A DNA stretch of 63,057 bases, counting the filler, from Mytilus trossulus (taxonomy: Eukaryota): assembly GCF_036588685.1 (NCBI RefSeq). It is 2 parts of one record of this genome, joined end to end, with 100 filler letters (N's around TTAATTAATTAA, not from the genome) between each part and the next. Parts side by side here need not be neighbours in the genome. Positions count along the whole stretch, not along the records: positions 31,794 to 63,057 come from NC_086383.1; 1 more part is not named here. One strand, 5' to 3'. The notes below the pieces were generated by a model that was not told where the DNA came from, searched no databases, and saw only the letters and a program-made list of their open reading frames with translations. A program made the translations under genes and the position numbers. Positions within the stretch are counted from its first letter, which is position 1. Every line of letters starts with the position of its first letter. Positions 38,391-51,085 of the stretch are shown here, one piece after another.

Positions 38391-40984
38391 ATAAAATTAT
38401 AATCCTGGTACTTTTGATAACTATTACCATACATATTAAAACCATGCCATCGTTTGATTTGAGATCTATGACCATAGAACTGATGTCATGGTCAAGGTAA
38501 ATTTGTCGCATTTGAATTTTACCTTTCCTATTACTTGCTCATTATGAATACTGGTAAACGGTAAAGCCATAAAATTTTTGGCATTACCCACGATTTTCTG
38601 AATGATTTGTGACCTTTAAAAGGTCAACTGAAAATGACTTCGTGTACAATGATTGTAGACATGTTTTAATGTGATTCCTGTTAAAGTAACTGGAAATGGT
38701 AAAAATCTTAGAATAAGTGTGATGCAATCTAAAATAAGTCTGTCATTCAGGAATATGTTTCGAACTATTGAAATGGAAGCTATCATTTTACAGGATAGGG
38801 ATAATTATAGACCAAAGGTTGCCAATTATATTTATTTTTTTCTAAATGAAAGGCACTTTTGGTGGAATCAGTGAATATTACCTATCAGTTGACATAAAAC
38901 ACTTCTATTTCAAACATTTAGTAGAAAAAATCAGCTTATTTCATATAAAGGACTTTAAACAGCATGTTTTGTTTAAATCTGTGTACGAAAAGTCATCATC
39001 GAACACCGTCTTTCATTAAATGATTAATTTTTCTTAAAAGTTAAAAAGGTTTTGCATATCAGTTTAAAAATTTAGTTAACCAATGTTAAACGCTTAAATG
39101 TATTGACAGCCATAACAAATATTTGCAAATTATCACAACTAAACGGAACAACCAACTCTATCAATTATAGAAGATTTTCGAAATGCTCTTAAACCATCAA
39201 TTGAATCCATCTAATTTCAAAGTTTTTTTTAGTATGTGTTTAGAAATTTTTCAAAATAATCGATGCCTTTGATATTTAAAACATCATATTACATGTATGA
39301 GATGCTTGAACTAAGGACGAAATCATTAGTACCAATTGATCAAATTAAAACCGCATGAAAAGCTGTGTAATTATTATTTGGAAAGAATACATGTGTTTCT
39401 TAGAAAACACTTTTCTAAAAAGGTGAAATGAACATTTGCTTGGAAACATAATACTGTTTGCCACTTCTTCGATTCATAAGTTTGTGACTCTCTTATTTCT
39501 TGTTTAAGACATAGTTTTTATTCAAAACTACAGATAACCTAGTATGATAATTAATACGGAGTACCTATCTCCATTTAAGCAAGTATAGCCACGTGGGGTT
39601 GTTTTACTACAACATCAAAGCAACCCGAACGACAGCCTTATTAAAAAAGCATTTGCCCATCCACGATACAAAGTTGTTTGTTCGGCCATTGGTTATACTG
39701 GTATCAAACTTGATATGTATGTATTGTTTTCTTTGCATATACATGAGTCCATATTCAATGAATAAAATAAATGACAAAAAACATCAAATGAACAAAAAAC
39801 AGCTGTCCTATTCCTGACTTTGTAAATGCATTTTCAAATATAGAAAACGGTGAATAGAACCTTGTGTTATAGCGCGAACGCTCACACTTTTACGACAGTC
39901 GCATCAAATTTAATAATATTGATATGAATTATGCGTGAACAAAACAAACAGACACAACAGGTGAAAATATCACAAATAAAGGTAAAAAGTCTAAGGTCGT
40001 GTTCACACCAAACGCCATGTACTGTAAACATGCTAACAAATAGTTTAATGTTATGTACACTTGTTTCAAATTAAATTTATTCTGGTCATATAGATGATAA
40101 GAAAACAAATATTCTGAATCCAATGTTTTTCCATGCATCATTCATTATAGTTTTAAATATTGAAATAAATATTTGTTCTCAACCGAACCTCATAATCAAT
40201 TTCTAGATATAAATCCTAATCAAGTGGCAACATCAAGAGCTCTTACACTTCAAACGAGGGATAAACACTGTTCTTAACTTGGTACATGAATTACCTATGT
40301 AGAAAATGGTGGATTAAACCTTGTTTTAATGAGCTAAACCCTTACTTATATGTATATGACAGTCGCATTAAATTCCGTTATATTTACAACGATGTGTGAA
40401 CAAAACAGACATAACAAATAAAATAGTCAAAATATGGGCACAGCAGTCATCACTGCGATACTATTTCAAAATAAACAATTATTTAAACAAAACAAAAAAC
40501 ACTCAAACGCATCTATTAAATTAAAAAACTCATTCATTGCTTCGCGTGTCTGACTTCATAAAAATGTAAATGTCACATTGGTAGAAATTTTGCCGTTCAA
40601 TGTTTATTCAAAACAATTATAATTTGACATGGTAAATGGTGGCATATAGGGTTAATAATCAAAAGTTATGTTCAGGAATAGACCTAGATTTGAAATTGAC
40701 CAGAATTTGCATTGTTAAAGTAGAACTAACTAGTGAAAATATTTCTGTATGGAAGCGAGATGTCTTGTCGAGTGAATAATGTTTTCAACAAATCAACAGA
40801 ACAAATCAAGCAAACTTGAAAAGAAATAAGCATAGCATTCCTTTATACCATTGCTACATTTCATCATAGCAAAAATCAAATCAATTTGTTTCTTTCGTTC
40901 TAAAAATCTGCAAACATGCATTTAAACATTTGAATTAAATTTAATCGCCTCAGTTTATAAGAGTTTAATTTTGTGATTTTTTAG

Positions 40985-41560
40985 GCCACAATCGCAGAAG
41001 GTTTACCAAAGACATATCAAGAAGAGATAGAAGAATATATGAAACGCCCAGCAGATCATACTTTTGATATTAAAAAATATTGTATTAAGTGCGATAAAAT
41101 AATTAACGAATGGCATTCTATTATTAATGATAAGGGTTATCATTTGTTGAATAAAAACTGCTCAACTGTTGTTATGGACGTTCTAAAGTCTAGTGTTGTT
41201 TGCAAGAAAATTCTACCTGAAACAGGAATTATAGTTTTTACCCCGAATGACGTAAAACAATATGGTCAGAAACTGCAAAACTTTACAAATACCTCGAGAT
41301 ACTTAGGTAATAGCTCATCCATGGTGGAAGGATGTGCTCATAAGATGACATATGATTGTAATTGTGGTTGCCTTTTTGAAGACAATGTACGGTGCTATGA
41401 ATCATTCTGTTGTTACTTAAAATGTTTCAGGGACTTTTATTGTTGTTTTTTTGTTGCTATATGTGAAAATTGTTCTACTTTTTTCTATCAGTTATACAAA
41501 AATATGACTTCTTGTTGCCATTGTAATCCGTCATTATACGAACAAATTCATGACGTATAA
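40985..41560 (+). CDS. Terminal coding exon of permuted papain-fold protein with Cys-rich tail, paralogue B (238 aa spliced)
   Basis: Acceptor tttttag|GCC at 40984/40985, phase 0, in frame with ORF 41039. Contains YHLLNKNCS and FTPNDVKQYG; the Cys-rich tail ends YEQIHDV. Confidence 0.88.
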   Translation, partial: ATIAEGLPKTYQEEIEEYMKRPADHTFDIKKYCIKCDKIINEWHSIINDKGYHLLNKNCSTVVMDVLKSSVVCKKILPETGIIVFTPNDVKQYGQKLQNFTNTSRYLGNSSSMVEGCAHKMTYDCNCGCLFEDNVRCYESFCCYLKCFRDFYCCFFVAICENCSTFFYQLYKNMTSCCHCNPSLYEQIHDV

Positions 41561-43189
41561 ATTTTCTGTTTATATAAGATGAAGCATATTTATCCAATTA
41601 CTTAATAATTTGAAAGCTCATTGAAAGATAAAGAACAATGTGATGATACATTGATTCATGTTCAGGTCTCTGCGATTGCGCATTATATTGTGCATGTTAC
41701 ACATGACTGGGTATCATTAAGTATGGTCCAAGATCGATATATATCTCGTCCATTTTGCAACTTATATTAAACAGATATCTAACTTTTATAATATTTCCTT
41801 TTAGTAGTTTGATAACGTTTCTCTGGTTTCTCCTTTAAATCCTAAACGAGTAACGAAAGTTTGAAATACAACTTTATATAATTGATAATAAACGAAAATG
41901 TCATAAATTTCATCGTGTAACATCATAATAAAGCTTTGGTCGCATCATATTTGTAAAGTACTTTAAGCTTTTAGCATTTTTATCATATATACACAAGAAA
42001 GTACTCATTGAATCAATCTCAAAATTTCAGTTTTCTTACTTGCAAAAAAAACCCATTTCGTTATTAAATCACTTTGATTATTTGCCTCTCCGTTTATTTC
42101 CTTCAAGGTAATTTTTTCTCTACTTAATAGGGGAGAATATGCATTACCACAAAAAACACAGATCACAGTTCGGGCATTTTATCATACGTAGATTGTGTAA
42201 ACAGATATCCTATATAACATTCATACGTAGATCAGAAAAGTATAATATCGATTTTTCGAACAATGCTTATCATAAAGGAATAAGGAGTCTGATTTTATGA
42301 GCTCGGATATTAGTATGAAAAAGACGTTCTCCCGTAAATAAAGCAGAACAAATTGAAATGTATTTTCCTTATATAATAAACAGCTATAGTGTTTTTGAAG
42401 AAAAATTTTAATTTGAATGAAAATTGTTTCCACGCACTCCTTTTTGAGTTTCTGTGAAACCCTCGGGATTTCTTTTATCATGAAAAGTCTCTTCTCAACC
42501 ATTTGAATTGATCTGAACATCGGTAAAAAAAAAACTGTCGCTTTCATTTATATTGATAATCGTTATGTTCGAAACTGTATCGTAATAGAGTGGTTGTTTG
42601 TATTCTAATATTTACCTTCACATTTGTACGTGATGAAATGTTATTCCTTATTTCTTTGTATGTTCAGCTCAATAAAGATTCACTAATCAAACTTAAGATT
42701 TTGAGAATGAATTAATGTTTGCCAAATCTTGACAGCATTCGCCACATATATAAATATGTTACGTAGTTTGTAAAAGTAAAGCAAGCAATTATGAGCCATT
42801 ATGAAAGGATGTTGAAACTGAAATCGTTTTGAAATTACTATTCTTCCATTAAAAAGGCAACAGTAGTATACCGATGTTCAAAACTCATAAATCGAAAGAA
42901 AAAAAAATCCGGGTCACTAACCAAAATCGAAGAAAATGCATTAAATATAAGAGGAGAATGACGACACAACATTTAAATGGAACACACACAAAAACGAACT
43001 AAGCATAAGACAAAATTAGATGATAATAACTAATATAACATCAAAACTAAATACATGAATTTGGGATAGAAAAGCACGGTGACACGTCTTATAATAATAT
43101 GAATTCACACTCAAATAAAAGAGGAAGTCACGACACAAAAGAAACACAACGTTAAAAATGTAACACACACAGAAACGAACTATAGTATA

Positions 43190-43394
43190 CTGTAGAGTCA
43201 TTTATTTTCGTGGGTACCTATTTCGTGGATAGAGGAAAATCTGCATATTCGTGGATAATTTAATTCGTGGTTTTGGCAGTTTGGATATATTCCTTTGGAA
43301 CATTTGTATTTCGTAGAACAGTTAAATTCGTGGTTCGCCTGTACCCATGAAATCCACGAAAATTGGTATTCAACGAAAATTAATGAATCCACAG
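43190..43394. mobile_element. Short MITE (TA-targeting, Tc1/mariner-like) nested in an older repeat
   Basis: Termini ta|ctgtagagtcatttattttcgtgggtacc … ggtattcaacgaaaattaatgaatccacag, with internal ttcgtgg repeats. It interrupts a repeat spanning ~42850-43800. Confidence 0.7.
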
Positions 43395-43814
43395 ATAGCA
43401 CGGATCATATTCCTGACTTGATACAGGACATTTTTGGAAGATAAATGGTGGGTCGAACCCGTTTTTTTTTTTTTTTTCTTTTTTTAACGTGGATGATATA
43501 TTTTTATTGCACTCTATTGCTGTTAACAATTTACTTAATGTACAGCATTGCACTAATTAGTCCTGATATATTAGTTATTAGGTATCCAGGGAGAATATCT
43601 AATAAAAGTAAATTGATGTTACATTACAATATTACAATATTTTAAATGATTTCATGTTTACCGGAGAATTTCACTTCCGTCCGATAGCGGTTTTGTGGCA
43701 TGCCAAACCTCCCGCTTTACTGGCCATGTGAAGTATAACATTAAAATGACAACACAACATTCGAAACTACAATACAAATAAATAGAAGAACATATTTGAC
43801 AAAGACACTTTCAA

Positions 43815-44020
43815 ATAATAGTTAAAAATGGCACAATATTTAAAATCTAATACACAGAAGCTCATTTCGTCCACACAAAACTTACTAGTGACACCTAGAT
43901 ACAAAAGTTTGAAAGCCAAAACAAGTACATAGTTGAACAGCATTGAGTTCAAAAAAGCTGTGCCAAAAACGGCCAAGGTTTTCTGTTTGGTACCAGAACA
44001 TCCCTTATATTTAGAATAAT
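43815..44020 (-). repeat. Decayed retrozyme copy with broken hammerhead core
   Basis: Reverse complement reads …tatctaggtgtcactagtaagttttgtgtggacgaaatgagcttctgtgt…, colinear with 38341-38425. Confidence 0.55.
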
Positions 44021-46319
44021 TAGCATAACGTGTTTTGAATGCATGAACTACTAAATTATTTTAATTTAAGTTTGATTGTATTCATCCTATCAATTGTCTC
44101 ATTATTTTGTCAATTCCTTAATATTAAAACAACTTATTGATAGTTTATTTTTTTTCAGATGGAGATACTCTCCTTTGTTGCATATTTTTTATCAAATAAT
44201 TCCAAATAAAACATGTTGTAGAAGCAAGTCCTATTGAGGATTCTTACTAGATGGTAATAGTGAATTAAAAAAGTCTTAACTGATTGTGTAGGAAATAAAT
44301 GTTTCTTATATAAAGTGCTTTCAAGTGGTTAGTTGTTAAAATGTTTATACGATTGTATTAATGAACATAATCGTATTTTATCTATTTTAAGTAAAAAAAC
44401 GTATTTTAATTATTCATCTTAGTTTTAAGGGACTATATCTAACAAGTACATTGTATGTTTTTTTTTATTCATTTATTATGTGTACGGATATGATTGTTTC
44501 CATTAGGTTCCCATAGATAAAATTGTTTATAAAGAAACATATTCTTTAAAATAAAATAATTTCACAATAATTCAGCGATCCTGATTTCTTATCCATTGCT
44601 ATTAAGAGACGCACGGTATTCAGTTTAGCAATTAAAACGTTAAACAAAGTCGGGTTTTATCTTTAAGTTTGATAGACCTTAACGTCAGCAGTTTGTACTT
44701 TTTCAAAAAATAACATTTTGATTTTTAAGTGTTTATCTATAAAATGGACACAGAATGACTGAACATATATTTTTGGCATCAAACGTTTTTTTTCTTTTCA
44801 TAATCGTTTTTTATTTGAAAAGATAAATAACATATTTGTCATTGCATTAGGTTAATAACCATTAAAACGCGTTTATATGCTCTAGCACAGACAATATTCC
44901 GTAATTACGAGTGTATACGTCGATGCATAGATATTGCGTGGAAACAGCAGGTATCTCTGTTGTGCACATCAAAAGTTTTAATTTCACTCCATCCGCCTTT
45001 AAATAGATATAAGAATTTGTGGTATGAGTGCCAATGAGACAAATATCCATCCAAGCCACAATTCATGAAAGTGAACCATTATAAGTCAAACTACGGTCTC
45101 CAACACGGCTAACATTGAACAGCAAGCTAGAAGAGCCTCAACATTACTAGTGTAATACCATTCAATCTGTGAAACCAACGGTCTAATCTGTATAAAAAAA
45201 AGTGAAACGAGAAACATTTATCAATCAAATCAACAAATGACTACTTAACATTAGATTTCTAACTTGGACAGTTGCTAACATTTGCAGCGGATTTAAACGT
45301 AATAATGGTACCAAACCTTCACTCTTATCTGAAACAATCGTGTAACATCAAATCATAGAAAGACAAACTATCCGATATTAACATCAACTCTCTGTAATAA
45401 TAGACCAGTTTTGAAAAATTTTGGCCAGATAGTTTTGTTTCGATTACTTTTTTTAAGTTGAAATGGTCCAAACTAACAATCAAATTAAAAAAAAAGTTCT
45501 ACAAAATCTATATTGTCTGGTTGCCATGGAAACAACGTGACATCATATGTACATATTAGTATAGGAAGAAGAAATGGCTAACATTGTATCTTATGGTAAA
45601 AATGAGATAAAGCATAACATTTTTTCGCTATTTTCATTTGTACGAAATCGCGAGCATATACAGCTTGTGAACTGTTGTAGGATGATTTTTTGTAAAAGAT
45701 ATTATGCATGAAGAATTTAAAATAAAATTAGAATAAAATGTATCAAAAGCCCTCTCCCTTTTTCCAAAGTCCGATATTTGTTTCTTTTCTGTTAAATTAA
45801 ATTATTTTCGTGTTTCTGGCCTCAGGCCACAATTATTCTTCTCCTTTGCTTCAATGCGTCAAAGTCGAATTAAATCAAAAATTTGCACCGCTTCAAACAT
45901 GAAATAAATGTAATTGCTTATATATAGACCATTATTAGTCTAATAAAATATGCTTCAAGGACAATCCATTGGTGCTTTTTTTTGTTTTGAGAGCCTTATT
46001 AATATGCCTATGGTAAGAAATGAATCTTGTATAAATGACGAAGACCGACTAAGGCTAACTTGAGGGGTTGTCGGAGGGGTCCTGATCCCGAAATTCCGAG
46101 CTTAAAAACACGAAGTTCCGAGATGAAGAACTTAAAGAAATGCATATCCAGAAATCCAGAAATAAAAAAAAACATATTCACGGATCCCGTACGGATCAGT
46201 CCCAAAATCCCGAGCTTAAAAATAACCGACCCGACGTCCCGAAAAAGATCCTGCCTTCCTCTAATCTCCATCATAATTTCATTTTTGCCAAATCCCTACT
46301 TTCATTCTCAACAATATAG

Positions 46320-46455
46320 TTTGATGCCCCGTGTATGGGCATTATGTTTCAGTCTAGTCTGTGCATCCGTGCGTTCGTTCGTTCGTCCGTTGTCCGTCAG
46401 TCTCGCTTCTGGTTTAAGGGTTTTTGTCGAGGTAGTTTTTGATGAAGTTGACAGA
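46320..46455 (+). mobile_element. 5' end of Helentron-associated (HINE/DINE-like) element
   Basis: tttgatgcccc…gggcatta hairpin followed by a GTTC/GTCC microsatellite. Confidence 0.55.
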
Positions 46456-46530
46456 ATCAATATCCGGACTTCTTTTTTGTCGTTTTTCTCCAAAAATAAC
46501 TCAATATGAATAATCTTAAGAATGGATGGC

Positions 46531-46575
46531 AATAGTTATCAAAAGTACCAGGATTATAATTTTATACGCCAGACG
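46531..46575 (-). repeat. 3' half of the 38.3-kb hammerhead repeat
   Basis: Reverse complement of cgtctggcgtataaaattataatcctggtacttttgataactatt (38381-38425). Confidence 0.8.
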
Positions 46576-46609
46576 TGTGACTATGCATATTACCTGTAAA
46601 ACACAGAGG

Positions 46610-46785
46610 CATGATTACCCTCAGTTTTTGATGGGGTTCATGTTGTTTATTCTTTAGTTTTCTATGTTGTGTCATGTGTACTTTTGTTTTTCTGTTTGTC
46701 TTTTTCATTTTTAGCCATGGCGTTGTCAGTTTGTTTTAGATTTATGACTTTGACTGTCCCTTTGGTATCTTTCGTCCCTCTTTTA
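46610..46785 (+). repeat. Naiad-type 3' end
   Basis: Matches the reverse complement of 3330-3500. Confidence 0.8.
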
Positions 46786-47124
46786 TCGTGGAAGGTAGCT
46801 ATAGAGAAGCGACACACACAATGAGGTCTTCTCGTTTAATAGTATAGATAAGAGACGATTTCAATTATTTAAACTGCTAACTGACACAAATTGCAACGCT
46901 GCCTCCCTGGTGCTAGAGTCGGCCACCAGAGAACACAGGGTCACAAAGAAAATAGAGTAAAAGAATCTATAAAGTGTTCGACGTCAACTGATTACCGTCG
47001 GACCCAAACACGTTACAGAAAGAGAGATCGTCTATGTACTTGTGTTTATCTATAGTTATGAAATAAAATATCTGAATAGATAAAGTTTCATATTTTATTT
47101 GTACGAAAACAAACTAGGTCTTGC

Positions 47125-49540
47125 AGGCTCTGTCACTGGTCTGGTCGAGTTCCCGGTAATGATTGGTCTTACTTCGACATACAACACTAGTATATTTCTC
47201 AACAGTCAAGTCTCAAAGTTGGCACTTATTTGGACTATTTGTATAATATCTCTATATAAAGATTTAACTACCATATTCCACCTTATACCACACCAACTTG
47301 GTATAATAAAACATCGAAAATATTAAGCACCGAGACCAACAACTTAAGCACTGTCAGCCGCCACCTTAGCACGAGCACCGACAACATAAGCACTGTCACC
47401 TGCAACCCGACATAGCACCATCATCGACAACCTTAGCACCGTCACCTGCAACCCGACTTAGCACCAGTATCGACAACCTAAGTACCGTCACCGTCAACCT
47501 TAGTACCGTTACCGACAACCTGATTTAGCACCATCATCAACAACCTTAGCACCGTCACCGGCAACCTTTACACCGTTTCCGACAACCCTATCACCGTCAC
47601 CGGCAACCTTAGCCCCAGCACCGACAACCTTAGCACCGTCACAGACAACCTTATCACCGTCACCGGCAGCCGTAGCACCGACAACCATAGCACCGTCACC
47701 GACAACCTTAGCACTAGCACCGACAACCTTAAAGAAATTACAAAGATAACGGTTATTAAATACAGTATTTACTAACTTTTAACGTTTGGTTGTAATTATC
47801 AGACATAGTTTAACTTCTTTTTTAAATTTTGCCGCTTTCCAACTTTGTTAACCCAACAATCTCTCCGTTCTGGTTTTGGTTTTGTTTTTATACTTTTAAC
47901 TGAGAAATGACAGAGCCTGTATCCATCTAATTAGTTATTAATCATTTCTCAACTGATTTTTTATAGTTCGTTCTTTTACCCTTCTGTCCCAGGTTAAGAG
48001 CGGGTTTGGATTCTGTCTCATTATGTATGTATGTGCCTGTACCAAGTTAGGAGCCTCTTATTCAGTGGTTGTCGTTTGTTGGTGTGTTACATATTTGATT
48101 TTGGTTGTTGTTTTTTTTTTGTTACATAAATAAGGCCGATAGTTTGCTCTTTTTAATATTTTAAATTTGCAAATCGGGACCTTTTATAACTGACTTTTCG
48201 GTATGGGCTTTGCTCACTGTTGAATACCGTACGGTGACCCATAGTTGTTAATTTCTGTGTCATTTGATCTCTTGTAAATAGTTGGCATCTTGGCAATAAT
48301 ACTACATCTTTTTTTTTTTATAATAAGTAAAAAGGCTCTGTCACTGGTCTGGTCGAGTTCCCGGTAATGATTGGTCTTACTTCGACATACAACACTAGTA
48401 TATTTCTCAACAGTCAAGTCTCAAAGTTGGCACTTATTTGGACTATTTGTATAATATCTCTATATAAAGATTTAACTACCATATTCCACCTTATACCACA
48501 CCAACTTGGTATAATAAAACATCGAAAATATTAAGCACCGAGACCAACAACTTAAGCACTGTCAGCCGCCACCTTAGCACGAGCACCGACAACATAAGCA
48601 CTGTCACCTGCAACCCGACATAGCACCATCATCGACAACCTTAGCACCGTCACCTGCAACCCGACTTAGCACCAGTATCGACAACCTAAGTACCGTCACT
48701 GTCAACCTTAGTACCGTTACCGACAACCTGATTTAGCACCATCATCAACAACCTTAGCACCGTCACCGGCAACCTTTACACCGTTTCCGACAACCCTATC
48801 ACCGTCACCGGCAACCTTAGCCCCAGCACCGACAACCTTAGCACCGTCACAGACAACCTTATCACCGTCACCGGCAGCCGTAGCACCGACAACCATAGCA
48901 CCGTCACCGACAACCTTAGCACTAGCACCGACAACCTTAAAGAAATTACAAAGATAACGGTTATTAAATACAGTATTTACTAACTTTTAACGTTTGGTTG
49001 TAATTATCAGACATAGTTTAACTTCTTTTTTAAATTTTGCCGCTTTCCAACTTTGTTAACCCAACAATCTCTCCGTTCTGGTATTGGTTTTGTTTTTATA
49101 CTTTTAACTGAGAAATGACAGAGCCTGTATCCATCTAATTAGTTATTAATCATTTCTCAACTGATTTTTTATAGTTCGTTCTTTTACCCTTCTGTCCCAG
49201 GTTAAGAGCGGGTTTGGATTCTGTCTCATTATGTATGTATGTGCCTGTACCAAGTTAGGAGCCTCTTATTCAGTGGTTGTCGTTTGTTGGTGTGTTACAT
49301 ATTTGATTTTGGTTGTTGTTTTTTTTTTGTTACATAAATAAGGCCGATAGTTTGCTCTTTTTAATATTTTAAATTTGCAAATCGGGACCTTTTATAACTG
49401 ACTTTTCGGTAGGGGCTTTGCTCACTGTTGAATACCGTACGGTGACCCATAGTTGTTAATTTCTGTGTCATTTGATCTCTTGTAAATAGTTGGCATCTTG
49501 GCAATAATACTACATCTTTTTTTTTTTATAATAAGTAAAA
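47125..49540. repeat. Near-identical 1208-bp tandem duplication (47125-48332 / 48333-49540)
   Basis: Offset of 1208 at the start, middle and end anchors, with only a few differences seen. Confidence 0.95.
47325..47730. repeat. GC-rich minisatellite, ~21-bp unit ACCGACAACCTTAGCACCGTC (second array 48533-48938)
   Basis: Degenerate tandem units are directly visible. Confidence 0.9.
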
Positions 49541-50084
49541 ATGTCAAAAATAGGGGTACAGCAATCAACAATGTGTTTTCTTTTTATAACTTTAAAAAAA
49601 GACAGATATTTAACCAAACATTCACTATGACAATATAAAACAACGAAGCATAAAACGAGTGCAACGTCATATGCAGGAAAGAAACACAAAAAGACAAACA
49701 GACAAAGCACATTAGCAAAAACGAAAGACAAGAATAAAGAATTCGAAATAATCATAGAAAAATAGTGCAAGTTCAGGAAGTACATAGCCTAATCAAATGG
49801 ATACGACCAAAGGACTAAACAGTTAAGGTAATGTTCAAAGACAACTAAATATATACTGTAACGCGTTATTATGATGATGAACAACGTCAATACCCAGGAT
49901 ATATCAGCATTAGCGATCATCCCTATCAGGGACATTAATGTAGCAGCAAATTAGATTAACAAAATTACAAACATCAAATCAGATATAATTAACTTCACTC
50001 ATATGAGTGACATGAAACGATTTAAGAGTGTCCTTACAAACAACGGTATATTGCTGGGTCTTCCAAGTGCTCCACGAAACCTTT

Positions 50085-51085
50085 ATCTTGTCTAAGGGAG
50101 GGATAAATCCTACTTTGTAAAAGATCACTCTGATTTAAACGAAAATATCTCTGAAATTGACATTATCAAGATGCTTGATTTCTTGATTGACAACACATCT
50201 GCAATTTTCTTGCCAACTTGTTATTATTAGGCTGACTTCATACATTAACTTCTTAGGAAGAACGATAGGAAGTTAGCAAAATCTTTAACTCTACTTTCCG
50301 CTATATAGATGACGTTCTTTTAATAAATAACTTAAATTTGGTGACTAAACTGAACACAACTATCCCTACGAACTAGAGATACAGGATACAACATATACAT
50401 TTATGTCGGCCTCATACCATAACTTACATCTAGAAATTAACAATGAGGGTCGGTTGAAAACAAAACTTTACGACACAAGAGATGATTTCACCTTTCCAAA
50501 TGTGAACTTTCTATTTCGAAGTAGCAACATTCCAGCAGTACCTGCGTACGGGATATTTATCTCCCAATTGATACAATATTCCCGTGCTTGCATTTTCTAT
50601 TATGATTTTCTTGATAGAGAGTTGCTGCTCACAAGGAAGCTATTAACCAAGAGTTCCAAATGGTGAAGTAGAAATCCTCCCTCGGTAAATTTTACGGACG
50701 TCATCACGAGTTAGTTGACCGTTATTGAATAACCGTTTCACAAATGAAATCGGAAATGTCCATACGTCGTTACTACAGTTACTACAATCCCCTTCCCTTT
50801 TATGAATGTGACCTACCGAATTAGACTATTTACCGGATATGTTTTAACAAAAGCAACACGACGGGTGCAACATGTGGAGCAGGATCTGCTTACCCTTCCA
50901 GAGCACCTGAGATCACCCCTAGTTTTTGGTGGGGTTCGTGTTGATTATTCTTTGGTTTTCTATGTTGTTTCATGTGTGGTCTATTGTTTGTCTGTTTGCC
51001 TTCTTTCATTTTTAGCCAGGCATTTTCAGTTTATTGTCGATTTATGAGTTTGACTGTCCCTCTGGTGTCTTTCGTCTCTCTTTTA
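50085..51085 (+). mobile_element. 5'-truncated degenerate Naiad-type element
   Basis: FRYIDDVL, LKTKLYDTRDDFTFPNVNF…SNIPAVPAYGIFISQLIQYSRAC, and the 3' UTR shared with 3330-3630. Confidence 0.85.

Noticed and set aside
46008-46532. Overlapping ORFs of 74-149 aa
   Set aside because: Frames run through a small GAG-ended MITE-like repeat and a HINE microsatellite, with no protein motifs.
47325-48938. CRISPR-like appearance of short repeats
   Set aside because: Contiguous degenerate units without unique spacers, no cas genes, and a eukaryotic context.
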